Origin: Octopus bimaculoides
Lineage: Eukaryota
DNA: 62,588 nucleotides
Direction: 5' to 3'
NCBI RefSeq assembly: GCF_001194135.2
Contig: NC_068996.1
Coordinates: 49,725,952-49,788,539, forward strand
Shown here: positions 11,823 to 24,975 of the stretch, one piece after another
Position numbering within the stretch: position 1 is the stretch's first letter
Layout of the letters: every line of letters begins with the position of its first letter
The notes under the pieces: model-generated
The model's database searches: none
What the model was told of the DNA's origin: nothing
The model's input: only the letters and a program-made list of their open reading frames with translations
Made by a program: the position numbers and the translations under genes

Positions 11823-12082
11823 TTTATTTGTATTGATAAGTATTAACAGACAAGAATATGATAAAGAATTTGCATGGTTCAGTGGTTAGGGGTATTGCCT
11901 TTACAATTGCTAGATTATGGTTTTAATTGCTGAACAAAGCAGAAATTTGAGCTTTTGAACAAAATACGCTGCTTCTATAGTATGATAACTACCTTGCTAT
12001 TTGCGACATACCGCAAATGACAATGCACTCTACAAAACAACCCACTTAAGGCCTTCAGCAATTAATTCCAGCCCATTTAGTT

Positions 12083-12313
12083 TATTTCTTTATTACCCAC
12101 AGGGGGCTAAACATAGAGGGGACAAACAAAGATAGACAAAGGGATTAAGTCGATTACATTGACCCCAGTGATTAACTGGTACTTATTTAATCGACCCCGA
12201 AAGGATGAAAGGCAAAGTTGACCTCGGCGGAATTTGAACTCAGAACGTAACGGCAGACAAAATTCTGCTAAGCATTTCACCCAGCATGCTAATGTTTCTA
12301 CCAGCTCGCCGCC
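12083..12313 (-). mobile_element. SINE family B (tRNA head, Nin/Deu-type domain), full length with 21-bp TSD
   Basis: Minus strand reads GCCTTTCATCCTTTCGGGGTCGATTAAATAAGTACCAG (Nin/Deu-like); TSD TTAATTCCAGCCCATTTAGTT at 12062-12082 and 12314-12334. Confidence 0.9.
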
Positions 12314-12689
12314 TTAATTCCAGCCCATTTAGTTGTTTACACTAGTACTATGCTGACAAGTGACTTTTACCAAATAATCTCAAGTGAAGATGAAGCAGTG
12401 TCCTTTTCGAGAGAACACAATCTTATCGACCAGGTAGGGAATGCTCAGGAAAAACGATGACCTGTACACTGCTTTTTTAAATGATATCAGATCAGTTTAC
12501 AAACATTAAAATCAATATATGATGATTTTTTATTCTGTATAATAAGGTGTTAATGGTTTTTAATCAATTTTACACTACAAACTGTTTGTTATGTTCCTTT
12601 CCATTTATAGAATAAATGTTTAGCAATTTTTAACATATATCATGCTATCTACAGTTGGTGGATATCATACTATTTTATTATTTTTTTTT

Positions 12690-13046
12690 ATTTGTTTGTC
12701 ATTTGACTGTGGCCATGCTGAAGCACCGCCTTTAGTTGAAGAAATCGACCCTAGGACTTATTCTTTGTAAGCCTAGTACTTATTCTATCGGCTTTTTTTG
12801 CCAAACCGCTAAGTTATGGGGATGTAAATACACCAACATCGGTTGTCAAATGATGGTGGGGGGACAAACACAGACGCAAACATATATGACAGGCTTCTTT
12901 CAGTTTCCTTCTACCAAATCAACTCAGAAGGGTTTGGTCAGCCCAAGGCTATAGTAGAAGACACTTGCCCAAGGTGCCATGCAGTAGGATCGAACCCGGA
13001 ACCATGTGGTTGGTAAGCAAGCTACTTACCACACAGCCACTCCTGC
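12690..13046 (-). mobile_element. SINE family A full copy
   Basis: Complete head-to-tail motif series. Confidence 0.9.
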
Positions 13047-13454
13047 AACTATAGTAGAAAATTAATAGTAGATATCATACTATAATAGCAACCAAAATAC
13101 TTTATTTCACACTACTCCAGTCCATGAGTAACCCTACCACAAACTGATGCCCTGTTCTGAGAAAATGTGATCTTGATCACTTATTCGCTGTGGAAACCAG
13201 GCCACCTGCCCTATTAGCCCCAGGACTCAAAACAGTACTTACATATATTTATGACCTGTCAGACTTCTTCAAATGCTACCTAGGGTTTCACAGCAAGAGA
13301 AGACCCCCACCCCGTGTGGTTACACTGAAGAATGTGTCATGGTCTTTTTTGTTGATGTGTAAGCTCAAATATTTACATGAATTACGATCATACATGTGTA
13401 CTCAAATTTGTATGTGGCACCTTGGACAGGTGACACCTACTATAAAGTCAGGTT

Positions 13455-13700
13455 AACCAAAGCCTTGCAAGTGGATTTCGTAGATGGAAACTGAAGTCCA
13501 TCAAATATGAGTGTGTGTCTATCCACCACCACCAAATAACCGGTGTTGGTGTGTTTATGTACGTGTAACTTAACAGAGTTAAGAGACTGATAGCATAAAC
13601 ACCAGGTTTTAAAAGAATAAGTACTAGGATATTTTCGTTTGAATTAAATTCTTCAAGGAAGTGCCCCAGCATGGCTGCAGTCTAATGACTGAAACAAGTA
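13455..13700 (+). mobile_element. SINE family A 5'-truncated copy
   Basis: CCAAAGCCTTGCAAGTGGATTT...CAGCATGGCTGCAGTCTAATGACTGAAACAAGTAA. Confidence 0.75.
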
Positions 13701-14120
13701 ACACACACACACAATGGTGTATCAACAAGGTTGTTTGACCTGCTAGAAATACCAGTTAAAAGTTCCCCAATTTGCACAGTAGTGTCATGAAAAAGTGAGC
13801 AAGAAATAAGGACAAAATATCTGGATGAGAATGGTTGGCATGCCTTTCACTTGCAGTTCTGCTCCGTCACGGCTAAACTACCTTCAATTACACACACGTT
13901 TTAGAGTATGTACACCATGTTCTTCGTGTGTCGTAAGAGGTGAGAGGACAGGCCCCATCGTCTTAGCAGAACCATCCAATGAATGCCATCATACAGACAA
14001 TTTATGTGTGCGTGCGTGTGTGTGTGTATTCATTCGTGCAAGCATGCACTTATGCTTGGAGTAATGAGAAGCGGTAGGAAAGACAGTAAATTTTCAGATT
14101 AACATCCGCACGATTTTCAC

Positions 14121-14162
14121 TAGGGTTTTAGGGTTACGGTTAGGGTTAGTGTTAGGGTTAGG
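14121..14162 (+). repeat. Degenerate TTAGGG (telomere-like) repeat, about 7 units
   Basis: TAGGGTTTTAGGGTTACGGTTAGGGTTAGTGTTAGGGTTAGG. Confidence 0.8.
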
Positions 14163-14199
14163 AAATTCCGTCACTAACCCAAATGATCTTACGCCAATC

Positions 14200-14375
14200 A
14201 GACCAAGTGATTCTATCGACTCTTTTTGCCAAACCGCTAAGTTATGGGGATGTAAACACACCAACATCGGTTGTCAAACGATGGTGGGGGGACAAACACA
14301 GACACAAACATATACATACATACGACAAGCTTCTTTCAGTTTCCCTCTACCAAATCTACTCACAAGGGTTTGGTG
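14200..14375 (-). mobile_element. SINE family A central fragment
   Basis: CCAAACCGCTAAGTTATGGGGATGTAAACACACCAACATCGGTTGTCAA. Confidence 0.75.
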
Positions 14376-14574
14376 CAGATTAGGCCGTCTTTGTACAGGA
14401 GTTGTGCGCGCACGCGTATATACGAGTGCAACTGTACTTGCAGGCTCAAATAACATGGTGTGTGTGTATGTGTGTGTGTCCATACCTCAATAAAGTGTTC
14501 CAATTTCAAAATACAAACCCTATTAGACAAAATAATTGGCTATGAGTTATTAAAGGATGACTGAATATAAATAT

Positions 14575-14810
14575 ATCTTTTACTTGTTTCAGTCATTTCA
14601 CTGCAGCCACGCTTGGGCTTGAATGGATCGACTCCAGTACGTTTTATTTTCATTTTTATTTTTTAAGTCTGGTACATATTCAATCAGTGTCTTTTACCGA
14701 ACTGCAAGATAACTGGGACGTAAACACGCCAACACCGGTTGTCAAGCGCTAGTGTGGGCAAACACAGACACATGTACATACACACACACACACACACACA
14801 CACAATGGCA
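14575..14810 (-). mobile_element. SINE family A right half
   Basis: TTTTACTTGTTTCAGTCATT...GGGACGTAAACACGCCAACACCGGTTGTCAAGCG, then (CA)n. Confidence 0.75.
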
Positions 14811-15346
14811 TTCCTTCAGATATGCAACCCATTCCCTCCTCCCCGATTTTGTTGCCTCATAACTTCCAGAAAAATGGATACTTTTTAATGAAGTTTTCAA
14901 CAAATACCGCTTAGATACTGTAGGTTCAGAGGATATAGGGATTTATTGGACAGAATTTTTCTGAGAGAGTAAGGGGTGGAGTTTCGGAAAATTCACAGGA
15001 CCCGACTTTTTACCCTCAAAATACTTGTAACAAATAAAGAAACTTTGCCGCAGAAAGAAAAACGAAAACAGAATGTTCTGTTGAAACCAGTATTTCTTTT
15101 ACAGAGACAGAAGGTCTTGAATATTAGACATATAAGAAATGGTATCAGAGCGTGTGGTTCCTTTAAGAAAATACAATTTAATTGATATTTTGGAAAGTTA
15201 AAAGTAATCGAACTTGAGTGAGAGATTCGGCGCGCCACGAACATGGCATTGCTAAACATATATTGCTCAACAGAGTCGAAGATAATCTACTGAGGCACAC
15301 ATACACACGTTTTGGCATCACCATATATATATATATATATATACAA

Positions 15347-15493
<147 letters not shown>

Positions 15494-16669
15494 CACACAC
15501 ACANNNNNNNNNNNNNNNNNNNNNNNNNNNNNNNNNNNNNNNNNNNNNNNNNNNNNNNNNNNNNNNNNNNNNNNNNNNNNNNNNNNNNNNNNNNNNNNNN
15601 NNNNNNNNNNNNNNNNNNNNNNNNNNNNNNNNNNNNNNNNNNNNNNNNNNNNNNNNNNNNNNNNNNNNNNNNNNNNNNNNNNNNNNNNNNNNNNNNNNNN
15701 NNNNNNNNNNNNNNNNNNNNNNNNNNNNNNNNNNNNNNNNNNNNNNNNNNNNNNNNNNNNNNNNNNNNNNNNNNNNNNNNNNNNNNNNNNNNNNNNNNNN
15801 NNNNNNNNNNNNNNNNNNNNNNNNNNNNNNNNNNNNNNNNNNNNNNNNNNNNNNNNNNNNNNNNNNNNNNNNNNNNNNNNNNNNNNNNNNNNNNNNNNNN
15901 NNNNNNNNNNNNNNNNNNNNNNNNNNNNNNNNNNNNNNNNNNNNNNNNNNNNNNNNNNNNNNNNNNNNNNNNNNNNNNNNNNNNNNNNNNNNNNNNNNNN
16001 NNNNNNNNNNNNNNNNNNNNNNNNNNNNNNNNNNNNNNNNNNNNNNNNNNNNNNNNNNNNNNNNNNNNNNNNNNNNNNNNNNNNNNNNNNNNNNNNNNNN
16101 NNNNNNNNNNNNNNNNNNNNNNNNNNNNNNNNNNNNNNNNNNNNNNNNNNNNNNNNNNNNNNNNNNNNNNNNNNNNNNNNNNNNNNNNNNNNNNNNNNNN
16201 NNNNNNNNNNNNNNNNNNNNNNNNNNNNNNNNNNNNNNNNNNNNNNNNNNNNNNNNNNNNNNNNNNNNNATATATATATATATATACACACACACAGATA
16301 TATACATATACACATATATGCATACATACATATACACATGCATATATACATACGTGTGTGCGTGCGTAAACAAGGAAAACCAAAAATTTTAGACAAAATA
16401 TCAACAAACCAATTAGGCAATAAAAAATTTTAAGTTTTTCCCCCATCACAAATGGGAATTTTTTTCCGTTTAGAAAACCTATTTTTGTCCAAACGATTTA
16501 CATCATTTACAAAAAGTTAAAAGCTACTTCCGATCTTAGGTCAGCTTAAAAGTATTCTAGCTAGGACTATCCCATCTTATTTCCATACATTGGATTCGTA
16601 AGTGCATGTTCTAAGAAGGAGGCCTTTAGAGCTATGTTACGGAAATTTGGGCGATATTTTTAAACATAA

Positions 16670-17090
16670 CGAGATAGCTATGTGGTTAAGGCGTTTACTT
16701 CTTAACCATGTGGTCTCGGGTTCGGTCCTACTGTGCGGCATCTTGGATAGGTCTTCCACTTATACTTTCAGGCTGCTGACCAGAACCTTGCGAGTGGATT
16801 TTGCAGACAGAAACCGAAAGAGGAAGCCCCCGTCGTGGGTGGACATTGGCATTAGACACTAAAGGAAAATGACTGTAACTTTTTAATTTTGGCGATTTTC
16901 GCTTTCGACAACTGCTGTTGGTTTGTTTACGTCCCTGTAACTTAGCGGTTCGGCAGATGTAACCCATAAAATGAGTACTAGGTTAAAAAAAAAAGAAAAA
17001 TAAACTGCTGGGGTGGGGGTCGATTCATTCAACAAAACCTTTCAAAGCAGTGCCCTCGCATGGCCGCAACCCGTCGACCGAAGTAAGATA
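16670..17090 (+). mobile_element. SINE family A full, diverged copy
   Basis: ATGTGGTTAAGG head, CCTTGCGAGTGGATTT, CCCTGTAACTTAGCGGTTCGGCA, GCATGGCCGCA. Confidence 0.7.
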
Positions 17091-17629
17091 TAAAAAAAAA
17101 TGAAAAAAATCACAAAAGTGTGTATTTTATTTTTATCCTCCTTTTTTTCCTGTAATTCAAATAAATTGAAAGGAAAATTTACAGGAAACATCATGGTTTT
17201 TCCATTTAGCAATCTTCTTTCAGTATGATTTGTGGTTTGTCTTCATGTTTTTTTTTTGGTGGGGTTTTGCGAAAAGATTTAAACATTTTCTAATTCAAGG
17301 AAAATAAAATAATAAAAATTGTTTCATCAATCAGATATATAAATATTATATTATGTCATTAATTAGTGTCACAAATACTTCTGAAGTAAAACTTTTTATG
17401 CATATTATTTGCTGAATATCCTGCTAAAAAGAATGAAATATTATATTTGTGTAACATAACTAGGGGCGCACTACCCCACCCCCAACTACACAAGTGTGAC
17501 CCCCTCCCAGTATCTCGACGTTGTTTCCTCATAACTTTTTTTAAAAAAAGGATATTTTTTAATGAAATTTCCTACAAATACGTTTTACATGTTATAACAA
17601 TTCCACTGTTTGTCACTTTGAGTGACAAT

Positions 17630-17830
17630 TGCTCTCCTACAATTGCTCCCGACTGACCAAAACCTTATCCTCCGCTCCCAAATGACAAACACTGCTGACT
17701 TGTTTATCTCGCTATAACTTAGCGGTTCGGTAAAATAGACCAATAGCATAAGCACCAGGCTTTTAAAATGAAGGATCTGGTGGTGGGGTGCTCCAGCATG
17801 GCCGCAGTTCAATGATTGAAACAAGTAAGA
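17630..17830 (+). mobile_element. SINE family A right half
   Basis: TAACTTAGCGGTTCGG...GGTGCTCCAGCATGGCCGCAGTTCAATGATTGAAACAAGTAA. Confidence 0.75.
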
Positions 17831-20014
17831 AGAAAAAGAGATATTGGAATTTAATGTAAAAAGAAAATGGGGAAAGATGAATATTTCTGAAAGTTATGAG
17901 GAAACAAAGTCGATGTGGCGATGGCGAGGAAATTGAATCACTCGTGTGTAATTATGTCCATTTGTTTTAAACTTTTTAAGAGAAAAAGTAGATTTGTGAA
18001 GAAGAAAAAACATTAACCAGAAAAAAAACTAAAAACATTTCAAGTAATTGATAAATCGACAAAAAACGATTCAACAAACAAAATCTCCAATAACAAATAA
18101 GATATTTACAAGATAAATTAATAAAATTATATAACATGAAAGTCTGTGAACATTTATGGGGAAGGAGTGGAGTAAAAAATGGTTTAATGTGTGTGAAATT
18201 CATGGTATTTACCTGATCTGACAGTTTTTTGTTTGTTTAATTTTCCGATTCACACAAGTTAATTCTTTCAATAAATTCTTAGCAAGAGGGTTAGTTGCTT
18301 GTTTGTTATTTTTTTCTTACTACCATTCAATAACAAAAATAAATGGCAAACATGAGAAAGTCACTTCCTTTTTCTTCACTTTTTTTAAATTTAAAAATAA
18401 TATGAATATATATATATATATCCTCGTTAAGTTACCAACAAGCCAAATTGAGCAACGGGGAAATGCTTGGGTATATAAAAACAAGATGCTCCTATATATA
18501 TATATATATATATATACATATATATACATATATATATATACATATATATACATATACATATATATACATACGCGCGCGCGCGCACATTCACGCACATATA
18601 CACGCACACATTCACGCACATATACACGCACACATTCACGCATACACACATACATTCACACACAATAACTTGACAAGTTGCCGCGAAAGACAGAAGTTAC
18701 AGATTAGATATCAGCATCGTAGTAACTTTAAAAACAAAAAAGCCAATAAACTACACCAAATTGTCGATGAACAAGAAGGAACAATCGATAGAAATATCAA
18801 AAATATAATGACTACACTGGATGTTTGTGTGACACTAATTTACCAGTAATGACTTACTGAACGAGCAACAAGTATTTAAAACTATAACAAACTTGGTTGG
18901 ATCGATGGTGGTATTTTCATTCCGTTGTTGTCAAACACATACATACATACATACATGCATATACACACACACACATACATTTACACAGACACAAACTACA
19001 AACAATCATACATACACGCATACATATACACATACATTTACACAGACACAAGCTACAAACAATTATACATATACACACAAACATACATACTCTTACCTAC
19101 ACACATCCGCATACATGCAATTACAAACATAAAGGCTTGTAACGTGTATGTAAGGGATGGCAGTCCCATTCGTTATTAATTAAATAATTAGTAATTAGGT
19201 GTTGAAATAAACTTCATATACTTTACAATTATTTCTAACAAAGTTATTCTTAAACAAGAGCTCCGTCCACAACTAAAGAAAAATGTGTAATACAGGGTTA
19301 AAAATAACCACTACATAATTCCCTACATAGAATGAAGGACAAAAATTTATTATTTAACCCAAGATAATCACAGATCCAGCAGACTTATTAATAAAGAAAA
19401 CGTCCCAGTTGTGACTATCCATCCTCTCTCCCCTACCATCACTTAGTGTCTCTAGTGTTATATTACGAAACGAATCATTTAAGACGGCTAGGGTGTGATT
19501 TTTGAGGGAGATTTGGCTACTATTTCAAGCAGGTCGAGTGAATATATATTGGCCATAAAATTAATGAGAGTTGTATGTAATATAGCTGTCTGAAACGACA
19601 AGTAATGATCGAATATTAATAACAAAGATTTTGTTGTTTTTGTTTCTTGTAATTGCGGGTCACGCAAACAGTTCTTTTCACCCAACTTTTTTTTTACTTT
19701 TTTTTTTTTTTTACCTTTACCATCTTGGGCACTTTTAAGAAATGGACGACCAGGTTGATACAATTACAGTGTACACTTCGAAGCTGTTTTAAAAGATTGT
19801 TAAATATATTTGCTTCTCGCCATAAACTTTACTGACATTAGAATCTATTTTGCTCCGATGATGATGATGATGATAATAATAATAATAGTAATAAGCATAT
19901 CATAGAGCAATGAGAACGGGAGCCATATACGGTAGGCATATTAAGCTGTGCAGACAGCTATTAACGAAGATTTCTTAGATCTAACAAATGTGAACTTCCT
20001 CACACACACATTTT

Positions 20015-20075
<61 letters not shown>

Positions 20076-20540
20076 GTGTGTGTGCGTGTGTATATATGCG
20101 TAAATGTGTACATACGAGCGTACGTATATCTATGAATGTATGTATGTATATGTATGTTGGGATTATCAATGACAGGTACCCTAAATTCAAAATACAGGTG
20201 GACAGCACACTCGAATACTAAAACGCTATTTGATAATTAGGTAATGGTGGGGGGAAACTCATACTTTTAAGTAATTCTCTAAGATCAGCAAATTAATTAA
20301 TCTTCCTTATTAAAACAACACATCGATTAAAAAAAAAACTTTTTTTTAATCAATGCAAAAACCTTAGCGTTTATTTACTTGTTCGATTGTTTCACCGTTT
20401 TTTATATCAAAATCTATTGGATATTTTGAAGACATCTAATAATTAAGAGCAAGTTGTCTTTAAGGATGGGGAGATTTAAAAAAGAAAGAAAAACATCCAA
20501 TTCTGTTTATTCGGTACTTTGGGTTATTACACACACACAC

Positions 20541-20578
<38 letters not shown>

Positions 20579-21093
20579 TCTTTTACTCTTTTACTTGTTC
20601 CAGTCTTTTGACTGTGGCCATGCTGGAGCACCGCCTTTAATATATATATATATATATATGATTTTAATTTGTATGTGCATATACTTGCCTTTTAACTAAG
20701 ATCTCAACACCTGTAAAATATTCAGCTAAATATTTTCAGACTGATTATATGATACATACCTACATACATACATATATACATACATACCACACACATGTAA
20801 CAAGAAAAAAATCCTAACAACAACAAAACTTAGTACACGATCTTACAAACAATCTATTGTCATATTTCTATTTTTAAACGTCGACCATTCATTAATTAAA
20901 AGTAAATAAGTTGTTCTACAAAGTTTGTATAGTTGCATCGTGGTGGTGACAACGATCCAATTATCACATCACAAAAACATGTTTAATGTGTACGACGCGA
21001 CAAATGATAATATATGGAATAAGTAACGGGATAAATAAAAGTTTGTTGTATAATATATACATACACACACACACATATATGTATATATGTATG

Positions 21094-21141
<48 letters not shown>

Positions 21142-21649
21142 CATGTATGTATATATATTATATATATTGTACGGCCATATATATTTATGGATGTATGTTT
21201 ATATATGTTTGTATATTTATATGCAGATGTATATTAGATAAATTTATATATTCACGACTGTTTCGTAAACAGACGTACATACATAAAATAATAATAAAAT
21301 AAAAATAATACAAATACAAATCGAAGAGGGGGGGGAACCAGCCGAGACAGGCACAACTCGAGATAATTATAATATACAATACAGATGAAAACAAAAATTT
21401 TAAAAAGGATAATCAAAAAGAGAAAGGTAGAAAAAAAAAGTTAGTGGAGAAGCTAAAAAAAGGTTTAGTAGTAAGTACTCACGAGATTTGTTTGAAGTTT
21501 TCAGGAGCAGTGGACAAAAAAAATTGCCAAGTAGGTTCCTGGAGGTGCCCTCCCACTATAATAACACAGTTCAGATGACGTCAGTAAGAGCTTGAAACAG
21601 TCTTAACAACACTTTTTCAAACACCACTAACCATTATTACCACGGTCCT

Positions 21650-22135
21650 TCCTCTTTACATTTCTATCTTTCTTTTTTTCTCTCTCTCTCTACCTATTCA
21701 TTTTTATTCTATTGTCCTTTCTATTTCATTTTGGTTTGTTTTGTTTTTTTTCACTTTAGGTTCGTAACTCTCTACTCAACTTTCTTTCTCTCTCACCCTC
21801 CCTCTATAACTATCGCTCTTTCCCATGTCTCTCTTGAATTCTTTATCACTCTTTCCCCCTCTTTCTATAACTATCACTCTATCCTATGTGTCTCTTAAAT
21901 TCGCTCTCTGTTACAAGCTTTCTCTTTCCTTGTTTTCCTCTCTTAGTATTCTCTATTTCTTCTCTTCTTTCTCTCCTCACTCAATCTCATTTCGCCTTTT
22001 CTTCCTTTTACTCTTCCTCTTCACTTCCTCTCTCTTAGTTTCATTTTCTCTTTTTCTCTTTCACTATTCCTTTCCCTCTATTTTCTACCCTTCTTTCTCT
22101 CTCACATTTTATTCCTCCTCCCCCCATCCCTTGTA
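21650..22135 (+). repeat. About 480-bp polypyrimidine/polypurine low-complexity tract
   Basis: Overwhelmingly C/T on the plus strand. Confidence 0.85.
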
Positions 22136-22231
22136 ATATGCCTGATTGCTGAGACATTTCACTTGCTCGACCACTCCACTGTATTTCCTCTTATACACTT
22201 TACTATTTATAAAGACATTGAGTAATTTATA

Positions 22232-22266
<35 letters not shown>

Positions 22267-22375
22267 AAGAATTAAAATAAAAACTCAAATTAGGAGATCA
22301 ACTTTTTTTTACATACTCTCACACAGTTAACTGCAAAAGTATGCAGTTATAATATGCGTTTACTCCATTCTTTAA

Positions 22376-22421
<46 letters not shown>

Positions 22422-22875
22422 ATATAATGTAATATAATGTAATATATTAATACATAAATTTATGTGGACTGTATAAAGTAAAAGGGAACTGGTAAAAAAA
22501 ATTTTGTGTACGAAAATTAAGAGCAATTAAGAGTTCCAATTAAAAGATCCATAAAATTCAATGTTTTTTTTTAATTTTTTACTTTTAAATACTTGAATGG
22601 TATATAATACAATTCGAGGAAGTTCACTTTCTACGGCCGTTTCCAGAGTTCATGTCCTGGTAGAAAAATTAATAGAAATTTTACAAGCCATGCGAACAAT
22701 GTCCCCTTCGTTACTTACAGTATCCTCATAAAATCACGTTCTTGACAATTTTTGATTTTATTTCTTTATTGGCCACAAGGGGCCAATGTAGAGGGGTTCT
22801 ATAAATTAATACCTTGATATTACTTTTGATACTAATTTTAAGGCAGTCAACTTTCTGGACGTAACATTGGACCTT

Positions 22876-23250
22876 GTTGTTGGCACTCCGTCACTTACGA
22901 CGACGAGGGTTCCAGTTGATCCGATCAACGGAACAGCTTGCTCGTGAAATTAACGTGCAAGTGCCTTAGCACTCCACAGACACGTGTACCCTTAACGTAG
23001 TTCTCGGGGATATTCAGCGTAACACAGTGTCAAAATGCTAACCCTTTGAATTACAGGCACAACAGAAACAGGAAGAAAGAGTGAGAGAAAGTTGTGGTGA
23101 AAGAGTACAGCAGGGTTCGCCACCATCCCCTGCCAAAGCCTCGTGGAGCTTTTAGGTGTTTTCGCTCAATAAACACTCACAACGCCCGAATCGAAACTGC
23201 GATCCTACGACCGCGAGTCCGCTGCCCTAACCATTGGGTCATTGCGCCTC
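22876..23250 (-). mobile_element. SINE family D, tRNA-Arg(TCG)-like head, full length
   Basis: Minus strand GGCGCAATGACCCAATGGTTAGGGCAGCGGAC-TCG-CGGTC; tail GGAGTGCCAACAACAA; TSD CATTGGACCTT(22865-22875)/CACTGGACCTT(23251-23261). Confidence 0.85.
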
Positions 23251-23643
23251 CACTGGACCTTAATACTAAATTATACTACCCATTTCGAAAGCCTAATCAA
23301 TCCCTGCAATAAATTAACGTTTCCTCAAATCATCCTAGATCAACTATCAACAGCATTGTTACAGCTATTACCATTAGAATTTCAAATTTACCTGTCAATG
23401 TGGAGATCTTTAATCAACATGCCCTAGTATTCGTCTATAGATAGCAAGATACAATTTGTTCAAAAATGAGTCCCTAAGCCTGTAAGGTCCTGAGGCAACT
23501 GTCCAACGTTGCCGAGTCTTGATTCTACTCTTATTTTGATAACAAGTTTCGATAACGTTTTCGCTAACGAGGTCTGTACATTTGGGAAAGTGAAAGTATC
23601 ACAACTCAAAACCTCAAGCTATTGAGTCTACTACTATCATGTG

Positions 23644-24040
23644 CAGGGCCAGATTAAGACCCATTGAGGCCCTAACCACTTAAACGATTTTGGTGCCCCC
23701 ATAAAAGATTATGTAATTCAAAATATAAACAATAGCAAACCATAAAATAAATTTTCATTTTTCAAAACGAAACAAAACAGTAAGAGGGAAAATAATGTTT
23801 ATTTTTGTATACTTCCATTTTATTTCTATTTGAAAAGTTTCCTCCTACTTTTTTGAGTTGCAAAGTCTTTGATCAGATTCTCAAAATTAATCTTAGGTAA
23901 CACATCTGCATCTATTATTTTATGAAGTTTAAAGTGATTTTTTTTTGTGCTGTAAACCATTTACCATTTCAGTGGTGCCCCTTCCTTCCCTTGATGCCAT
24001 AACCATGTGCTTATTTTGCTTAGGGGTTAATCCAGTGTTG
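23644..24040. mobile_element. Probable hAT-type MITE
   Basis: Imperfect termini CAGGGCCAGATTAA/TTAATCCAGTGTTG with internal GGCCC/GCCCC motifs; no clean TSD. Confidence 0.45.
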
Positions 24041-24264
24041 AGTGTGTGGTGATTGATTTCAGATTTATAGAGAGGTAAACAAACATTGAACAATTAGTTA
24101 TAAAAAAAATCAAACAAAAAAACGTTTCTCATGACTATTGAAACAAAGTGTATGTTATAAAATTTTCAATGTTTTTTTTCTTTTCTTCTTTTCACACACA
24201 ATGGTCTACAATACTTTGTAGCTATGAAAATGAATCACAGAGGTAATTTAACTATGGAAAATTA

Positions 24265-24975
24265 TCAAAGATTACTGAAACTGTGAACATTCTCCATTAG
24301 CACATATCAGGGCTTTCACTTGATTAATCATGGATTTGATTTACCACTGAGAGACGGATCCACATTTATCCCCTGTTTGATCAATGCATCTTTCAGCTCC
24401 CTAATTAATGCAATTTCTGATCTTTCTCTCAATCTTTTGTCGAGATATTTCTGTATGTGTACTTTCAGATTAAGATCAGGTTTTTGAACAAATCATTCCA
24501 GAGATTTAATTCTGTGAGCATCCAAGTTTGTGATGGCTTATTTGTATGGCATGGAGTTCCATATTCTTATCAATTAATGGAACAGATGGGTAATAAACCC
24601 TTTCAAGGATTTGATAGTATTTTCGGTCATTTAAATGGTTTTCAACTAAAGAAAAATTAGCTTTGATCTGTGTATTACATCAGCTGCCCCTCTCCTCCAA
24701 TACAATAATTCCAATTTTTAACTGTTCCTTGCTAACAATCAGTCGCCATGTTTCACTTTAGCTGCACCATGCATGTTTGTCACGAATGGAGAAAATTAGC
24801 AAATTTACATTTGTCAGACAATATTATTTGACGACCTATACTCATCTTTCTGGTTGCAAAACTCTTTATAATCCAGTTCACTTTTTGGTCTTCTTATCTT
24901 TTCAAATCATTTTCTTCTTTCTTGCAACTTTTCCTTTACATCCAAAGCCTTTCAACATTGTTCTTATTTCAATAT
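24265..24975 (-). pseudogene. Decayed Tc1-family transposase
   Basis: GKVARKK, VK(T/H)GG-like, PDLNL (SPDLNPIE-like) and terminal SM.NQVKALICANGECSQF motifs in Tc1 order, with many stops. Confidence 0.7.
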
